Of a DNA stretch of 46,184 bases, positions 1 through 9,416 are shown one piece after another. The stretch covers positions 43,962 through 90,145 of the forward strand of contig CAZBLY010000002.1 of NCBI GenBank assembly GCA_964493265.1, read 5' to 3'. Origin of the DNA: Candidatus Woesearchaeota archaeon (GTDB taxonomy: Archaea > Nanobdellota > Nanobdellia > Pacearchaeales > UBA284). The position numbers and the translations under genes are program-made. The notes beneath the pieces were generated by a model. That model saw nothing but the letters and a program-made list of their open reading frames with translations. It searched no databases and was not told the DNA's origin. The first letter of the stretch is position 1; each line of letters starts with the position of its first letter.

Positions 1-26
1 TTTCTATTTTTTTAATGAATTGAATT

Positions 27-2327
27 TTATATTTTTTTCCTTTTTAATTCTTTTTTTAGCCAATCCTGCCATTCCTTGAAAACACGACTGCCTTTTGGAA
101 CACCTATTTCTTGTCTTACTTTATCACTTATTTCATGAAACATATTATTATATTTTATGACCCATGGCGCTTCAAGTAATTCTGGTTTTTTAAGTTTAGT
201 AGCAATTTTAACTGTTGCCTCTTTTATTTTTGCTCTAAGAAGAATATTATCCCAAACAGCATCCCAACTGCCTGCCCAGCCTTTAACCTGGCCTGCTATA
301 TCTTTTAAAATTTCACTTTCTCCATTTATAAGATCATCTGTTGGAATAAGATTGTCTTTTCTTACATCATATTTCATTAAATCAAGAAAACCTTTTTCAA
401 GAGCTGGATCTTCTTTCCAGTGTTTTTTAACTTCCGTAATCTGCAAAACACGACGCCATCTATGTAAACCATCTGCACTTTTAATAGGATTACAGACAAT
501 TATTACATCAGTTGCTTTGAAACTTGTTGCTGGAACTTTTAAATCATTAACAACCCTGTCAAATACGCCGTAAGGAGATGCCCCATGAATTGTTCCTGCC
601 ACTACATTAGCCAGGGCACCAATTCTCATTGCTTCATAGAGAGCCAGGGCCTCTTCACTTCTAACCTCTCCAACTATTAAACTAGAATCTCCTAATCTAA
701 GAGAGGTTCTAATTCCTTCAGCTGCACTAAATTCTGTTGTTTCTCTTGCTAAAGCTTCTCGAACTTTCATCCTTAGAATATCATATCCTAATTCTCTAAA
801 TGAAACAACTGGAAGTTCCATTGTACCCTCAATAGCAATAATTCTATATCTAGGCATAATTTCTAACATAGATGCTCCTAACATAGATGTTTTTCCAGAA
901 CTTCTGGTTCCAGCAATTAGCATTGTTCTTCCACCATCAACTAAAAAAGAGATTAAACCAGATGCAAGAGGATTTATCATTTTGTTTTGTATAAATAAAG
1001 GCAAGGTCCAGGGTTTTTCTCTGTGTCTTCTTAAAGCATAAGCAAGACCATAAGGACTAAGAGGTTGTTGGATTATTGAAACTCTTGCTCTGGCTGTTCC
1101 AATTATTAATTCAGTATCTAAAACAGGATTCGCCTCATCAAGAGGACGGCCTGACATCATTCTAAATTTAGCTGCCCATGATTCAGCATCTTCATGACTA
1201 GGCATAATATTTGTATCACACTCATCATATTTTTGATGTCTTACAAATAAAGGAACTACACCAACAGGGGCATTAATCATAATATCTTGTAATTTTTCAT
1301 CTTGAAGAAGAACTTCAACTAAACCAAAACCAATAGTATGTCTCACTAAAATTATAGCCAATCTATTAATCTGTCTATAACTGAGTCGGATTTTTTTTGT
1401 GCTTGCAAGTTCTCTTATAAGATCTTTTGCTATATTTAAGAAAACGTGCCTTATTCTGCCGGGATCTACAAATTCTTCTGCTTTTGGTTTATGTTCAAGC
1501 AAAACATTTCTTGCAAGATTGATTATTGTTTGAAGATCTTCAGATAGGGTAAATTCAGGAGCCATAATATGATAAACATATTTTGTTTTTCCAGGAATCT
1601 TAAGAATTGTTACAGTGCTTTTATCATATACCGGGCCTATCTCATATTGGTCAATTATTTCAGCTTCTGGTGGAAAAGAAGCCATTAATCTTGTAAAAGT
1701 AAAATTAGGAATTATCTGTGGACGGAAAATATTTTTATAAAGAATTCTAGTTCCTAATTTATAACCAAGAAGATGCTCTTTTGCTAATTTTATAATTTCT
1801 AATTTTTCTAATAAGTAGAGTATTTTAGTAAGTAGTTTAATATAATAATTTTCGCATTTTGTTTCTTGTTTATCTTCTTTTGAAATTCTTTTAGTTATAA
1901 TTTTTTCTTCTCTAAGTAATCTTTTAGCTTCAACATAACAACCAATTGGGTCTTGTTTAAGAAGTGTTAAAATAAGATATCTCATAGCATCGTATCTTTG
2001 GGGAAGATGTCTTTTACATTTAAATGGCTCTAGAGTTGAAGCTTCTAGAACTTTTTCTTGTTTGATTAAATGAACATAAAGCTGCCCTATCTCAATTAAT
2101 AAAGCGACTTGCCTAAAATCATAACTATAATTTCTCTGCTGAACAAAAACAACTCTAGAAATATTTGGAGATTCAATTAAAGATTCTATAGTTCGCGCCA
2201 TAACAATAGAAGATTCTGCAATGCCAGGCACATAAGGGGCCCCAAGATAATTAATATACATTATATCCTGGCCAGCTTCTCTCTTAACTTCATACCCGTA
2301 TATTTTTGTTCCTGGTTTGAATATCAT
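27..2327 (-). CDS. Type IV pilus/archaellum-family assembly ATPase (FlaI/PilB/VirB11 secretion-ATPase superfamily), 766 aa
   Basis: ATG at 2327-2325. Walker A IAGTRSSGKTS, Walker B-like DSSLIVGEVR and His-box VAGTIHG lie in the C-terminal half. Long N-terminal extension of unknown function. Confidence 0.85.
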   Translation of the reverse strand: MIFKPGTKIYGYEVKREAGQDIMYINYLGAPYVPGIAESSIVMARTIESLIESPNISRVVFVQQRNYSYDFRQVALLIEIGQLYVHLIKQEKVLEASTLEPFKCKRHLPQRYDAMRYLILTLLKQDPIGCYVEAKRLLREEKIITKRISKEDKQETKCENYYIKLLTKILYLLEKLEIIKLAKEHLLGYKLGTRILYKNIFRPQIIPNFTFTRLMASFPPEAEIIDQYEIGPVYDKSTVTILKIPGKTKYVYHIMAPEFTLSEDLQTIINLARNVLLEHKPKAEEFVDPGRIRHVFLNIAKDLIRELASTKKIRLSYRQINRLAIILVRHTIGFGLVEVLLQDEKLQDIMINAPVGVVPLFVRHQKYDECDTNIMPSHEDAESWAAKFRMMSGRPLDEANPVLDTELIIGTARARVSIIQQPLSPYGLAYALRRHREKPWTLPLFIQNKMINPLASGLISFLVDGGRTMLIAGTRSSGKTSMLGASMLEIMPRYRIIAIEGTMELPVVSFRELGYDILRMKVREALARETTEFSAAEGIRTSLRLGDSSLIVGEVRSEEALALYEAMRIGALANVVAGTIHGASPYGVFDRVVNDLKVPATSFKATDVIIVCNPIKSADGLHRWRRVLQITEVKKHWKEDPALEKGFLDLMKYDVRKDNLIPTDDLINGESEILKDIAGQVKGWAGSWDAVWDNILLRAKIKEATVKIATKLKKPELLEAPWVIKYNNMFHEISDKVRQEIGVPKGSRVFKEWQDWLKKELKRKKI

Positions 2328-2476
2328 ATTAAATGTTTCCTCTTTTTATTATTATTTAAACAAATCTATATTTTTAATTATTACTATAAATTATAATACG
2401 AGATAAATATTTAAATCAAAAGTTCTTTGAAAACTAATAAGAGAAATATAAGAAAAAACAAAAGAGGCAAAAAAAT

Positions 2477-2875
2477 ATGGATGAAAAAGAACTTGGGGCT
2501 ATTTCTGCATTTCTTTCAGATTTTAGCACTAGGGTGAATGACGTTGAAGAGAAAATGAGATTGATTAAAGAAAAACTTTTAACTTTGGGTCAGACTGTTT
2601 TAAAACAAAATGATAGATTAAATAAAGAAACAATTTTAATAAAAGAAGATATAAGAAATATTAAAAATGAAAATGACCGTTTAAAAGAGGTGGTTGAGCA
2701 TATTGTTGGGGAGACTGCAGAATTTGCAAGAAAAAGCGAACTTCAAATTTTAGAGAGATATATGAAAATTTTTGAACCTCTTAAATTTGCAACAATGGAA
2801 GATGTTAAAAGATTAATAAATAAGGCTTTGAAAGAAAAAAAATATATTATTCCTGTTGAAGATGAAGAAGAGTAA
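2477..2875 (+). CDS. Hypothetical coiled-coil protein, 132 aa
   Basis: ORF with a GAGG-like motif (aaagaggc) about 10 nt upstream of the ATG. Heptad-like pattern (EEKMRLIKEKLLTL, NENDRLKEVVEHIV). Divergent from the ATPase gene. No family recognised. Confidence 0.5.
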   Translation: MDEKELGAISAFLSDFSTRVNDVEEKMRLIKEKLLTLGQTVLKQNDRLNKETILIKEDIRNIKNENDRLKEVVEHIVGETAEFARKSELQILERYMKIFEPLKFATMEDVKRLINKALKEKKYIIPVEDEEE

Positions 2876-2924
2876 ATAATAAAAAGTCAATTTGTTATTT
2901 TTAATTGAATAAAAATAAATAAAA

Positions 2925-3704
2925 ATGAAAAAAAGGGTTCCAGTAGGTGAGATTCTGAAATTAAGTAGAGAGGGTTATACAGATGCTGATATAATTAAAT
3001 ATCTTAGAGAAGAGGGCTATAGCCCTATCCAGATAAATGATGCAATTAATCAAGCAAAAATTAAACTTGAATTAGCAAGAACAGCTGGAATAGAACCTGA
3101 TGAAGAATATTCTGATTCTGATTATGATGAAAGCGAGAATCAAGGTGAAGAGCAGATGACTCCTTCAATAATGAATCAGGAACAACCAGAAGAAAATTAT
3201 TATGCTCCCCCTGCCCGGTCTCAACCAATGGCAGCCCCAGCAGTTGCTCCAACAACCCCGGGACCAGGACCAGGAGAAGCTTATCCTAGTTATCCTTATG
3301 CATATGAAGCTAAAGCGCCATCAACAGAAACAATGGAAGAACTTGCTGAAGAAATCATAGATGAAAAATGGCGGGATTTTTCAAAGAAAGCTGGCAATAT
3401 TTCAGAATTTAAAACATATATTGAATCAAGATTAAAAAACCTAGATGATAGACTCAAAAGAATAGAAAAAGCTTTTGACAAGCTTCAATCAGCCACCTTG
3501 GAGAAGTCAAGAGAATATGGAAGAGATGTTAAGAGTCTTGGATCGGAAATGCAAGCTCTAGAGGGGGCTTTTGGGAAAATAATTCAACCCCTAACTGGTT
3601 CTGTAAAAGAATTAAGAGAATTAAGTGAAGATATGAGAAGAGCCAAGACAAAAACAAGGATAACAAAAACAAAGTCAATAAGGACAAAAAAGAGGAAAAA
3701 GTAA
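2925..3704 (+). CDS. Hypothetical protein, 259 aa: small N-terminal helical domain, acidic/Pro-rich linker, C-terminal coiled coil, Lys-rich tail
   Basis: Long ORF 49 nt after the previous gene. Linker PPARSQPMAAPAVAPTTPGPGPGEAYPSYPY; tail KTKTRITKTKSIRTKKRKK. No family recognised. Confidence 0.5.
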   Translation: MKKRVPVGEILKLSREGYTDADIIKYLREEGYSPIQINDAINQAKIKLELARTAGIEPDEEYSDSDYDESENQGEEQMTPSIMNQEQPEENYYAPPARSQPMAAPAVAPTTPGPGPGEAYPSYPYAYEAKAPSTETMEELAEEIIDEKWRDFSKKAGNISEFKTYIESRLKNLDDRLKRIEKAFDKLQSATLEKSREYGRDVKSLGSEMQALEGAFGKIIQPLTGSVKELRELSEDMRRAKTKTRITKTKSIRTKKRKK

Positions 3705-3788
3705 GATTATTGTTTTTTATTACCAATTAGTCAAGATATGTGATTTTTTATAACAAACTTTTTATATTTTTGTATAGGTTATATATTG

Positions 3789-5939
3789 ATGAAACTTGCA
3801 TATATAATACATACAGAACCTATTAATCATTTTTCAGGAAATGAAGTAAGATTTTTTATTAGGGAATTTGATAATGAAACTAAAAAAGGCAAATCTGGTG
3901 TTTTTATAAAAAAAATTGATTATATTATTCCAACATTTGAAATAAAAAATAATGAAGTTGGGGATTTGTTTCAAAAATGTAAGAATGAATTTCCACAAAT
4001 ACAGTTTAAGCAAAAATATTATAATTCAAACAAATCAATAATTTGGGCTTATATTAATGATTTAAAATCGTTAAATTCTAGAAAAAAAGAAGAAAGGATA
4101 AAACTTCCAAATAAATTTCTTGTTCATAAAACTTCCCGTTCGCAACAATTAAGATTTTATTATCCTCCTTTTACAATGGTCAATGTAATTAATAATAATA
4201 TGGTATTACCTGCAAAACAAGAAAAAAGTATGATTGATTTAGAATCTATTTTAGAAGATAAAAAATGTGCAATAGATATTGAAACTATTGATTATGATAC
4301 CCCTAATGAAAGAATAAGCAATGTTGTACTCAATTTTGGAAATAGGGGCTATATAATAACCACTTTTAATCCACCATTCAATAATTTTAAAAATTATAAA
4401 ATTATTTCTGTTTCTGATGTTAGTTTAGATAAATCTACAGACGAAATTAAAAAAAGGGTCACCGAAATAATTCAAAAAGAAGATCCTTTATTTTTTTATG
4501 GTTTTAATATTGAATTTGATCAAAGAAAATTAAGAGGATTAGGTAAAGATAATGAATATTTGCCAGGAATAGGAAAAACAGGACCAATTTATAAATCTGT
4601 TCAAGGCATGAAAAACATGATTACAAAAGGCAGATTTACAGTTGATCTTTATCCTTATTTATTTTTTTATTATAATATTTTTGAAAATAATAAACTGGAA
4701 ACGCATGCAAGAATGTCTGGTATTAATTTTACAAAGAGCCTTCCATATGGGGTCTTAGCACATAGAACAAAAAAAGGAGAGCAAGGGTCTTTAGATGATA
4801 TGATTGAAGTTCTTACATATGTTGTAGAAGATGGAAATGTCACTTATCAACTTGGAGAAAAAAATATTAAAAAAATAATATTAAAAAGTAAATTTGTAAA
4901 GAGAAAACCTTCTATTATTTGTACGACATCTGGCAAAAATATTATGAAAGAATTTTGGAGACAAAAGTTTTTTCTTAAAAAAAATACATTACAAGATAGG
5001 TATGAATATAGTTATAAAGAGAATAAATTTTCAATTGAAGAATATAAAAAGGAATTTCTTAATTTAGATAAAAAGGATGGACTTTTTAAAAATATTTCAA
5101 TTATCTATCCCACACTTTTTATAAAAGCCTTATGGGATACAGTAATTGCAGGTACGGCTGATAATTTAAGATTTAATACCCCTGAAGAAAAATATGATTC
5201 TTATCAAACCATTAACGAATATGTTTCTCAAATTATTGAAGATACCAATTCTTTTAAAGAAAAAAGTAAAAATAAATCAGATTTAAGGAACAAATTAAAT
5301 TATGTACTTAAAGACGAATATGGTGTTGATATGAATACTATAGAAACAAAATTAAATGAACATTCAATACTTTTTAATGATTTGTTAGATAAAGCAGAAC
5401 TTATAACTTATTCAAAAAAATTCTTATATGTAAAAAATCCAAACCAAATTGTAAAAAGAGGATTGGGATTCATTCTTGCTAAAGGTAATTGTTTATCTGC
5501 TGGCAAAAAAATTGTTTCTTTAGTTGAAAATGCTCATTTTCCAAAATTTATTTATCAAGGATTTAATATTTCTAAAGGCAAAAAAACAAATTTTGATATT
5601 GAACTCATGAAAGATTTTTTGCTTAGAAGATTATGTTTGGAGAATGAAAATAATACAATTTCTTTTTTAAAAAATAAAATAAATAAATTAAGAAAAGGAA
5701 AAGTAAATAATGAAAACCTTATCTATAAAGGATTTTTTAGAAAGAATGAAAAAGAAATAGGCCCTGGTTATGGTTTTGTTATAAATAATAAAGAACCTCT
5801 TAAAACAGATGATTTTTTAATGACATCACAACAGCCAAATTATGAAATTTATATTAGTAATTTTTTGAAGACATTTAAGGATGTTATTACTGCTGGTTTT
5901 GATAATAAACAGGAACTTTTAGATATTTTTAGAATTTAA
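3789..5939 (+). CDS. Family B DNA polymerase homologue, exonuclease motifs intact, polymerase catalytic residues substituted (predicted polymerase-dead)
   Basis: Exo I AIDIETID, Exo II FYGFNIEFDQRKL and Exo III YVVEDGNVTYQL are present. Motif A reads KNISIIYPTLF where DxxSLYPS is expected. Motif C reads FLYVKNPNQ where YxDTDS is expected. Thumb-like segments FIYQGFNISKGKKTNFDIELMKDFLLRRL and NYEIYISNFLKTFKDVITAGF resemble canonical archaeal PolB. The track start at 3786 is TTG; the ATG is at 3789. Confidence 0.7.
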   Translation: MKLAYIIHTEPINHFSGNEVRFFIREFDNETKKGKSGVFIKKIDYIIPTFEIKNNEVGDLFQKCKNEFPQIQFKQKYYNSNKSIIWAYINDLKSLNSRKKEERIKLPNKFLVHKTSRSQQLRFYYPPFTMVNVINNNMVLPAKQEKSMIDLESILEDKKCAIDIETIDYDTPNERISNVVLNFGNRGYIITTFNPPFNNFKNYKIISVSDVSLDKSTDEIKKRVTEIIQKEDPLFFYGFNIEFDQRKLRGLGKDNEYLPGIGKTGPIYKSVQGMKNMITKGRFTVDLYPYLFFYYNIFENNKLETHARMSGINFTKSLPYGVLAHRTKKGEQGSLDDMIEVLTYVVEDGNVTYQLGEKNIKKIILKSKFVKRKPSIICTTSGKNIMKEFWRQKFFLKKNTLQDRYEYSYKENKFSIEEYKKEFLNLDKKDGLFKNISIIYPTLFIKALWDTVIAGTADNLRFNTPEEKYDSYQTINEYVSQIIEDTNSFKEKSKNKSDLRNKLNYVLKDEYGVDMNTIETKLNEHSILFNDLLDKAELITYSKKFLYVKNPNQIVKRGLGFILAKGNCLSAGKKIVSLVENAHFPKFIYQGFNISKGKKTNFDIELMKDFLLRRLCLENENNTISFLKNKINKLRKGKVNNENLIYKGFFRKNEKEIGPGYGFVINNKEPLKTDDFLMTSQQPNYEIYISNFLKTFKDVITAGFDNKQELLDIFRI

Positions 5940-5941
5940 AT

Positions 5942-6805
5942 CTATATCTCATCCTGCAAACCATTTTTTGTAATAAAGAAAATACATTCACCTTCTGGAA
6001 GATTAGGGGAGTCAATCATCTTGCCAACCCTGCTGCCTTTTTTTCCTCTTCTTAAATAAATTCTATATGTGGAGGCATGTCCAACTATATGCCCTCCTAT
6101 TGCCTGTGTTGGATCTCCAAAAAGAACATCTGGACGGGACATAACCTGGTTTGTTATATAAATGGCCAAGTTATTAGCTTCAGCAATTCTCATTAAACTA
6201 TGAAGATGTTTGTTAATTCTTTGTTGTCTGTCTGCTAGCATTCCACGCCCTGTAAATTCCGCTCTAAAATGTGCTGTGATTGAATCAACTATAACAAGTT
6301 TTATTGGTTCTCCTCTTCTTATTAATTCAGTAACTTTATCTACAAGAAGAATTTGATGGTCGCTATTAAATGCGCGAGCCACAAAAATATTTTTTAGGGT
6401 TTTCATAAAATCTAAACCAAAATATTCAGCAATCTGCCTTATTCTTTCTGGACGAAAAGTCCCTTCTGTATCTATCCAAACAACCTTGGCATTTGCACCG
6501 CCTTTTTCTATAGGGAGCTGGGTTGTTACAGCAAGAACATGGGCAATCTGGCTTTTTCCACTGCCATAAGCTCCAAAAGTTTCTGTCATCGCTCTGGTTT
6601 CAATTCCACCACCTAATAACATATTAAGATTTTTTGATCCTGTAGTGATTTTAATAACTTCTTCCCTTTTCTTTAGATATTGTGTTGCATCTTCAAATTC
6701 AAGATGAAGCATTTTTCTGGCTGCACCTATAGCCTTTCTAGCTACGCTTGTACTTATATCTGCTAAAGAACTTAAATCAGATGGAGTCATGACAGCAATA
6801 CTCAT
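5942..6805 (-). CDS. radA: DNA repair and recombination protein RadA (coordinates are the minimal ATG-started ORF; the coding frame clearly continues upstream to about 6925)
   Basis: Walker A FGAYGSGKSQIAH, Walker B LVIVDS, and overall RadA/Rad51 architecture. The in-frame upstream sequence encodes the HhH motif LTDLPGIGQTTASKLEGAGYGDL. Confidence 0.9.
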   Translation of the reverse strand: MSIAVMTPSDLSSLADISTSVARKAIGAARKMLHLEFEDATQYLKKREEVIKITTGSKNLNMLLGGGIETRAMTETFGAYGSGKSQIAHVLAVTTQLPIEKGGANAKVVWIDTEGTFRPERIRQIAEYFGLDFMKTLKNIFVARAFNSDHQILLVDKVTELIRRGEPIKLVIVDSITAHFRAEFTGRGMLADRQQRINKHLHSLMRIAEANNLAIYITNQVMSRPDVLFGDPTQAIGGHIVGHASTYRIYLRRGKKGSRVGKMIDSPNLPEGECIFFITKNGLQDEI

Positions 6806-6970
6806 TAAGTCGCCATAACCAGCCCCTTCAAGTTTAGATGCTGTTGTCTGGCCTATTCCAGGAAGATCTGTAAGTTTAAGTTCTCCTTCCTTTTCTTTTT
6901 TGGTTTTAATTTTAGTGATTTTAATTACCCCCGATCTTGACCCTTAACCGTAAAAATAACGTATGAAAGT

Positions 6971-6978
6971 TTTATAAA
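6971..6978 (-). promoter_or_regulatory. Candidate TATA box (TTTATAAA, palindromic) for radA
   Basis: It is the only strong TATA-like element between the upstream in-frame stop (6944-6946) and the RPA gene. It lies about 45 nt upstream of the first plausible radA codons. Confidence 0.35.
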
Positions 6979-7016
6979 TATTATCCTAATATGTAATATG
7001 TTTCAGAACTTCATCA

Positions 7017-7988
7017 TTATTTGTTTAATTCATCTATAATATCTTCTGGTTTTGATTTTTGAATATTGTTTATGATAAATTCATTTCTATTAAACATGAC
7101 GTTTTTTCTAGCCCGGCCTGTAAAGATTATTTCTGTTCCTAAAATATCTTGTTTTTTATCTAGGAAAAAAGAAGCATCCTGAAGTTTTTCTATTTCATTT
7201 TCTTCTATACTAAGAAGTTTGATTATTGTTTCATTAAAAGCAACTGCCCTAATATTCTCAGTCCCATCATCAATAACTAAAGGGATAAGAGCTCTTTTTT
7301 TTGCCACAACAACGTTGTGTTTTATACATATTGCTTTATCACCTTCATAAGTAACTTTCATTCCACATTCAGGACAAGTTGAAAAGAAATTTGGTTGGAA
7401 AAGCTGTACAATATTTCCTCTAATGCTGGTTCTATCACCTGGCTGTAATTCAGATATTTTTTTAATTGGCAGTTTTTCTTTTATTATTCGAACATTTTTA
7501 ATTTCTTTATCACTTAATTCAATTTTTGCATTAGAACTTAAATGCAGTTCTCTTATTGTTGTTCCTCTTACATCTGCATTTTGTATATCTATAACAGAAT
7601 CTTTTTTTATTGTTTTATTTTTTATTAAATCAATATGACTAGTATCCCATAAAACTACACGGATGCTTGAAGTTTCATCAGCTAATAAAAAAGAACCTAT
7701 TTCTCCTTCATGCTCTGCTCTTTTATATTTTCTGATCGGATAGATTTCTATTATCTTGCCGATAGTTTGAATTTTTTTCATTCCTATAAGCATATCAATT
7801 ACCTTAAATTTTTGTTTTTCAAATGAAATGCCAAGTTCTGCAGCAACTACTTGGGCAGCTCCAATACCACTTATAAGGCCAGAAAGTTTAGCTTTTTTAG
7901 CATCAATTCTTCTTTGAATTTCCTCTAGAGCAAGACCAGAAAGACGAGCTATCCTTTCAATTAATTGTTGATAAGTAGCTTTAATCAT
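7017..7988 (-). CDS. rpa: Replication protein A / replication factor A (ssDNA-binding, OB folds plus zinc finger)
   Basis: N-terminal helical domain IERIARLSGLALEEIQRRIDAKKAKLSGLIS, as in archaeal RPA. OB-fold-like repeats. Zinc knuckle CPECGMKVTYEGDKAICIKHN. The first ATG is at 7988; the track start at 8003 is TTG. Confidence 0.7.
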   Translation of the reverse strand: MIKATYQQLIERIARLSGLALEEIQRRIDAKKAKLSGLISGIGAAQVVAAELGISFEKQKFKVIDMLIGMKKIQTIGKIIEIYPIRKYKRAEHEGEIGSFLLADETSSIRVVLWDTSHIDLIKNKTIKKDSVIDIQNADVRGTTIRELHLSSNAKIELSDKEIKNVRIIKEKLPIKKISELQPGDRTSIRGNIVQLFQPNFFSTCPECGMKVTYEGDKAICIKHNVVVAKKRALIPLVIDDGTENIRAVAFNETIIKLLSIEENEIEKLQDASFFLDKKQDILGTEIIFTGRARKNVMFNRNEFIINNIQKSKPEDIIDELNK

Positions 7989-8036
7989 TTTAATAAAAAA
8001 CAATAGCTTTTTTTAAATATTCTTATGCTCGAATAA

Positions 8037-8855
8037 TTATACTATCATGACAAAATTTAACTTTATTTGTTTAAAATCTTGTCTTCCTTCGCTATCTTTA
8101 AAGAAAAAATACTTATTTGTTTTAAGTTCGAAAATAAAATTTGATGATGATTTTTGAATTTTGGTTGTCCATCTTTTAAAATTAAGTTTATTTTTAATGC
8201 AAATTTCTGGATTTTGCTGTTCTTTACACTCTTGAACAGCTAGATTTGTTGTATGATAAATATCTATAAAATCATCTAAATAAATTTCTTGTTCACTAAG
8301 ATTTAGATTGATGATAGGATTTAGATTATAACTTATATTATAGGTGGCGAAAGCTGTTGCCTTTTCTGTTTTAAGAACTTTGATTGGAGCGGTTGATTTA
8401 ATTATCTCTTCCTCTAAATTATGAATATATTCTATTTTCTGCAATTCAAAACCGCTTTCAAAGCCACTTTCTGGATATTTTTGTAAGAAATCATAAAAAC
8501 TTTGATTATATTTTTCAACAAATAAGTCTTCTATAAATTGTTGTTCTGGTTTGCAATCTGATGACCACATAAAATAATTTTTTTCTGAATAAACATTGCA
8601 ATTAGAATTTTCTTTGTTAATTGCTGCTTGTTTTGCAATATCATAAAATGACTGTGTTGAAGACAGTTTTGCCACACCATTCATATAAAAAGAGAAAGTA
8701 TTTTGCAGATTTTTGTAATTTGTTGCATCACTTATTTCAATTCCAGAATTAATGTTTTTATTTGTACTTGAAAAAGCATACCAGGCAATTCCTATAAAAA
8801 TTATCATTCCCAAAACCATTCCCACCGCAAAAATTCCTGCTTTTTTATTTTTCAT
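8037..8855 (-). CDS. Pilin-like protein with class III signal peptide, 272 aa
   Basis: N terminus MKNKKAG|IFAVGMVLGMIIFIGIAWYAF (short basic leader, G/A, hydrophobic helix). Last gene of the co-directional pilin-like array. Confidence 0.55.
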   Translation of the reverse strand: MKNKKAGIFAVGMVLGMIIFIGIAWYAFSSTNKNINSGIEISDATNYKNLQNTFSFYMNGVAKLSSTQSFYDIAKQAAINKENSNCNVYSEKNYFMWSSDCKPEQQFIEDLFVEKYNQSFYDFLQKYPESGFESGFELQKIEYIHNLEEEIIKSTAPIKVLKTEKATAFATYNISYNLNPIINLNLSEQEIYLDDFIDIYHTTNLAVQECKEQQNPEICIKNKLNFKRWTTKIQKSSSNFIFELKTNKYFFFKDSEGRQDFKQIKLNFVMIV

Positions 8856-8885
8856 CTTTCTTTTTTCATTTATTTTTTATTTTTA

Positions 8886-9401
8886 TCATTTCAAATTTAA
8901 AATTTCTAGATTAACAAAAATTGTTTCATTAGATGGAATATAAAAAAATGATCCTGTTGTTTGTTTTACTGCTGGCAAAATCATTGGAACCCCTCCAATA
9001 GTAATAATTTCATAACTCAAAATATCAAACTCTTCTGGATTTTTAGCTTCAACATTATAATCATATAAATTACCATATGCTTTTTTAATTTCTTGATCTA
9101 AAGTTTCTTTATAGTTATAATCTATTTTTGATAATCTTATTAAATCAGCCATCATAATCTCTTGTTTTTGTCCATTAATATCTATTTCAATTGTTTTTTG
9201 CAGCCATGAGTAAAGAGAAAGATGTTCTTGGTTTTGTAATATATTTTCTGTTGTTATTGTCTGCATCTCTTTTTTTCCAAATCCCCAGAAAGCACTTGAT
9301 ATTATGAAAAAAACTATTAATAACAAGGCAACAACAATCAAACCAACAGTGTCTTGAATAATATCTCCTGCCTGCCCCTTTTTATTTTGTCTTTTTATCA
9401 T
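8886..9401 (-). CDS. Pilin-like protein with class III signal peptide, 171 aa
   Basis: N terminus MIKRQNKKGQ|AGDIIQDTVGLIVVALLLIVFFII. Its first 10 codons are identical in DNA to those of the neighbouring gene. Confidence 0.6.
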   Translation of the reverse strand: MIKRQNKKGQAGDIIQDTVGLIVVALLLIVFFIISSAFWGFGKKEMQTITTENILQNQEHLSLYSWLQKTIEIDINGQKQEIMMADLIRLSKIDYNYKETLDQEIKKAYGNLYDYNVEAKNPEEFDILSYEIITIGGVPMILPAVKQTTGSFFYIPSNETIFVNLEILNLK

Positions 9402-9403
9402 TT
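9371..9403 (-). repeat. 33-nt exact repeat copy A (start codon plus leader MIKRQNKKGQ)
   Basis: The sequence cctgcccctttttattttgtctttttatcattt is identical at 9371-9403 and 9842-9874. Confidence 0.9.
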
Positions 9404-9416
9404 TTATTTTTCGTTT

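Noticed and set aside
157-573. 138-aa plus-strand ORF inside the pilus ATPase gene. The same applies to other track ORFs embedded antisense in strong genes: 3061-3255, 3296-3481, 3529-3726, 7423-7638, 14189-14458, 14954-15145, 15502-15771, 17027-17275, 17560-17751, 20828-21190, 23533-23916, 24922-25107, 25403-25618, 25619-25948, 27062-27301, 28121-28324.
   Set aside because: They lie wholly within, and antisense or out of frame to, genes with clear family motifs. Their products are low-complexity Ser/Phe/Leu/Ile-rich mirror translations, and there is no independent support.
6926-6960. A locally GC-richer patch (ccccgatcttgacccttaaccg) upstream of radA, considered as a small structured RNA or intron remnant.
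   Set aside because: No convincing stem-loops or C/D-box motifs are present. It is more simply the radA 5' leader with a G-rich ribosome-binding-like run.
7989-8003. Longer N-terminal extensions given by the ORF track through TTG/GTG starts or leader-inconsistent ATG starts: 8003 for rpa, 13316, 11970, 12224, 21887, 25935, 44179, 3786.
   Set aside because: In each case an ATG a few codons downstream gives the conserved or pattern-consistent N terminus (for example MNKKG-type leaders). The extension either overlaps the upstream gene or adds non-conserved residues. Start choice remains uncertain without data.
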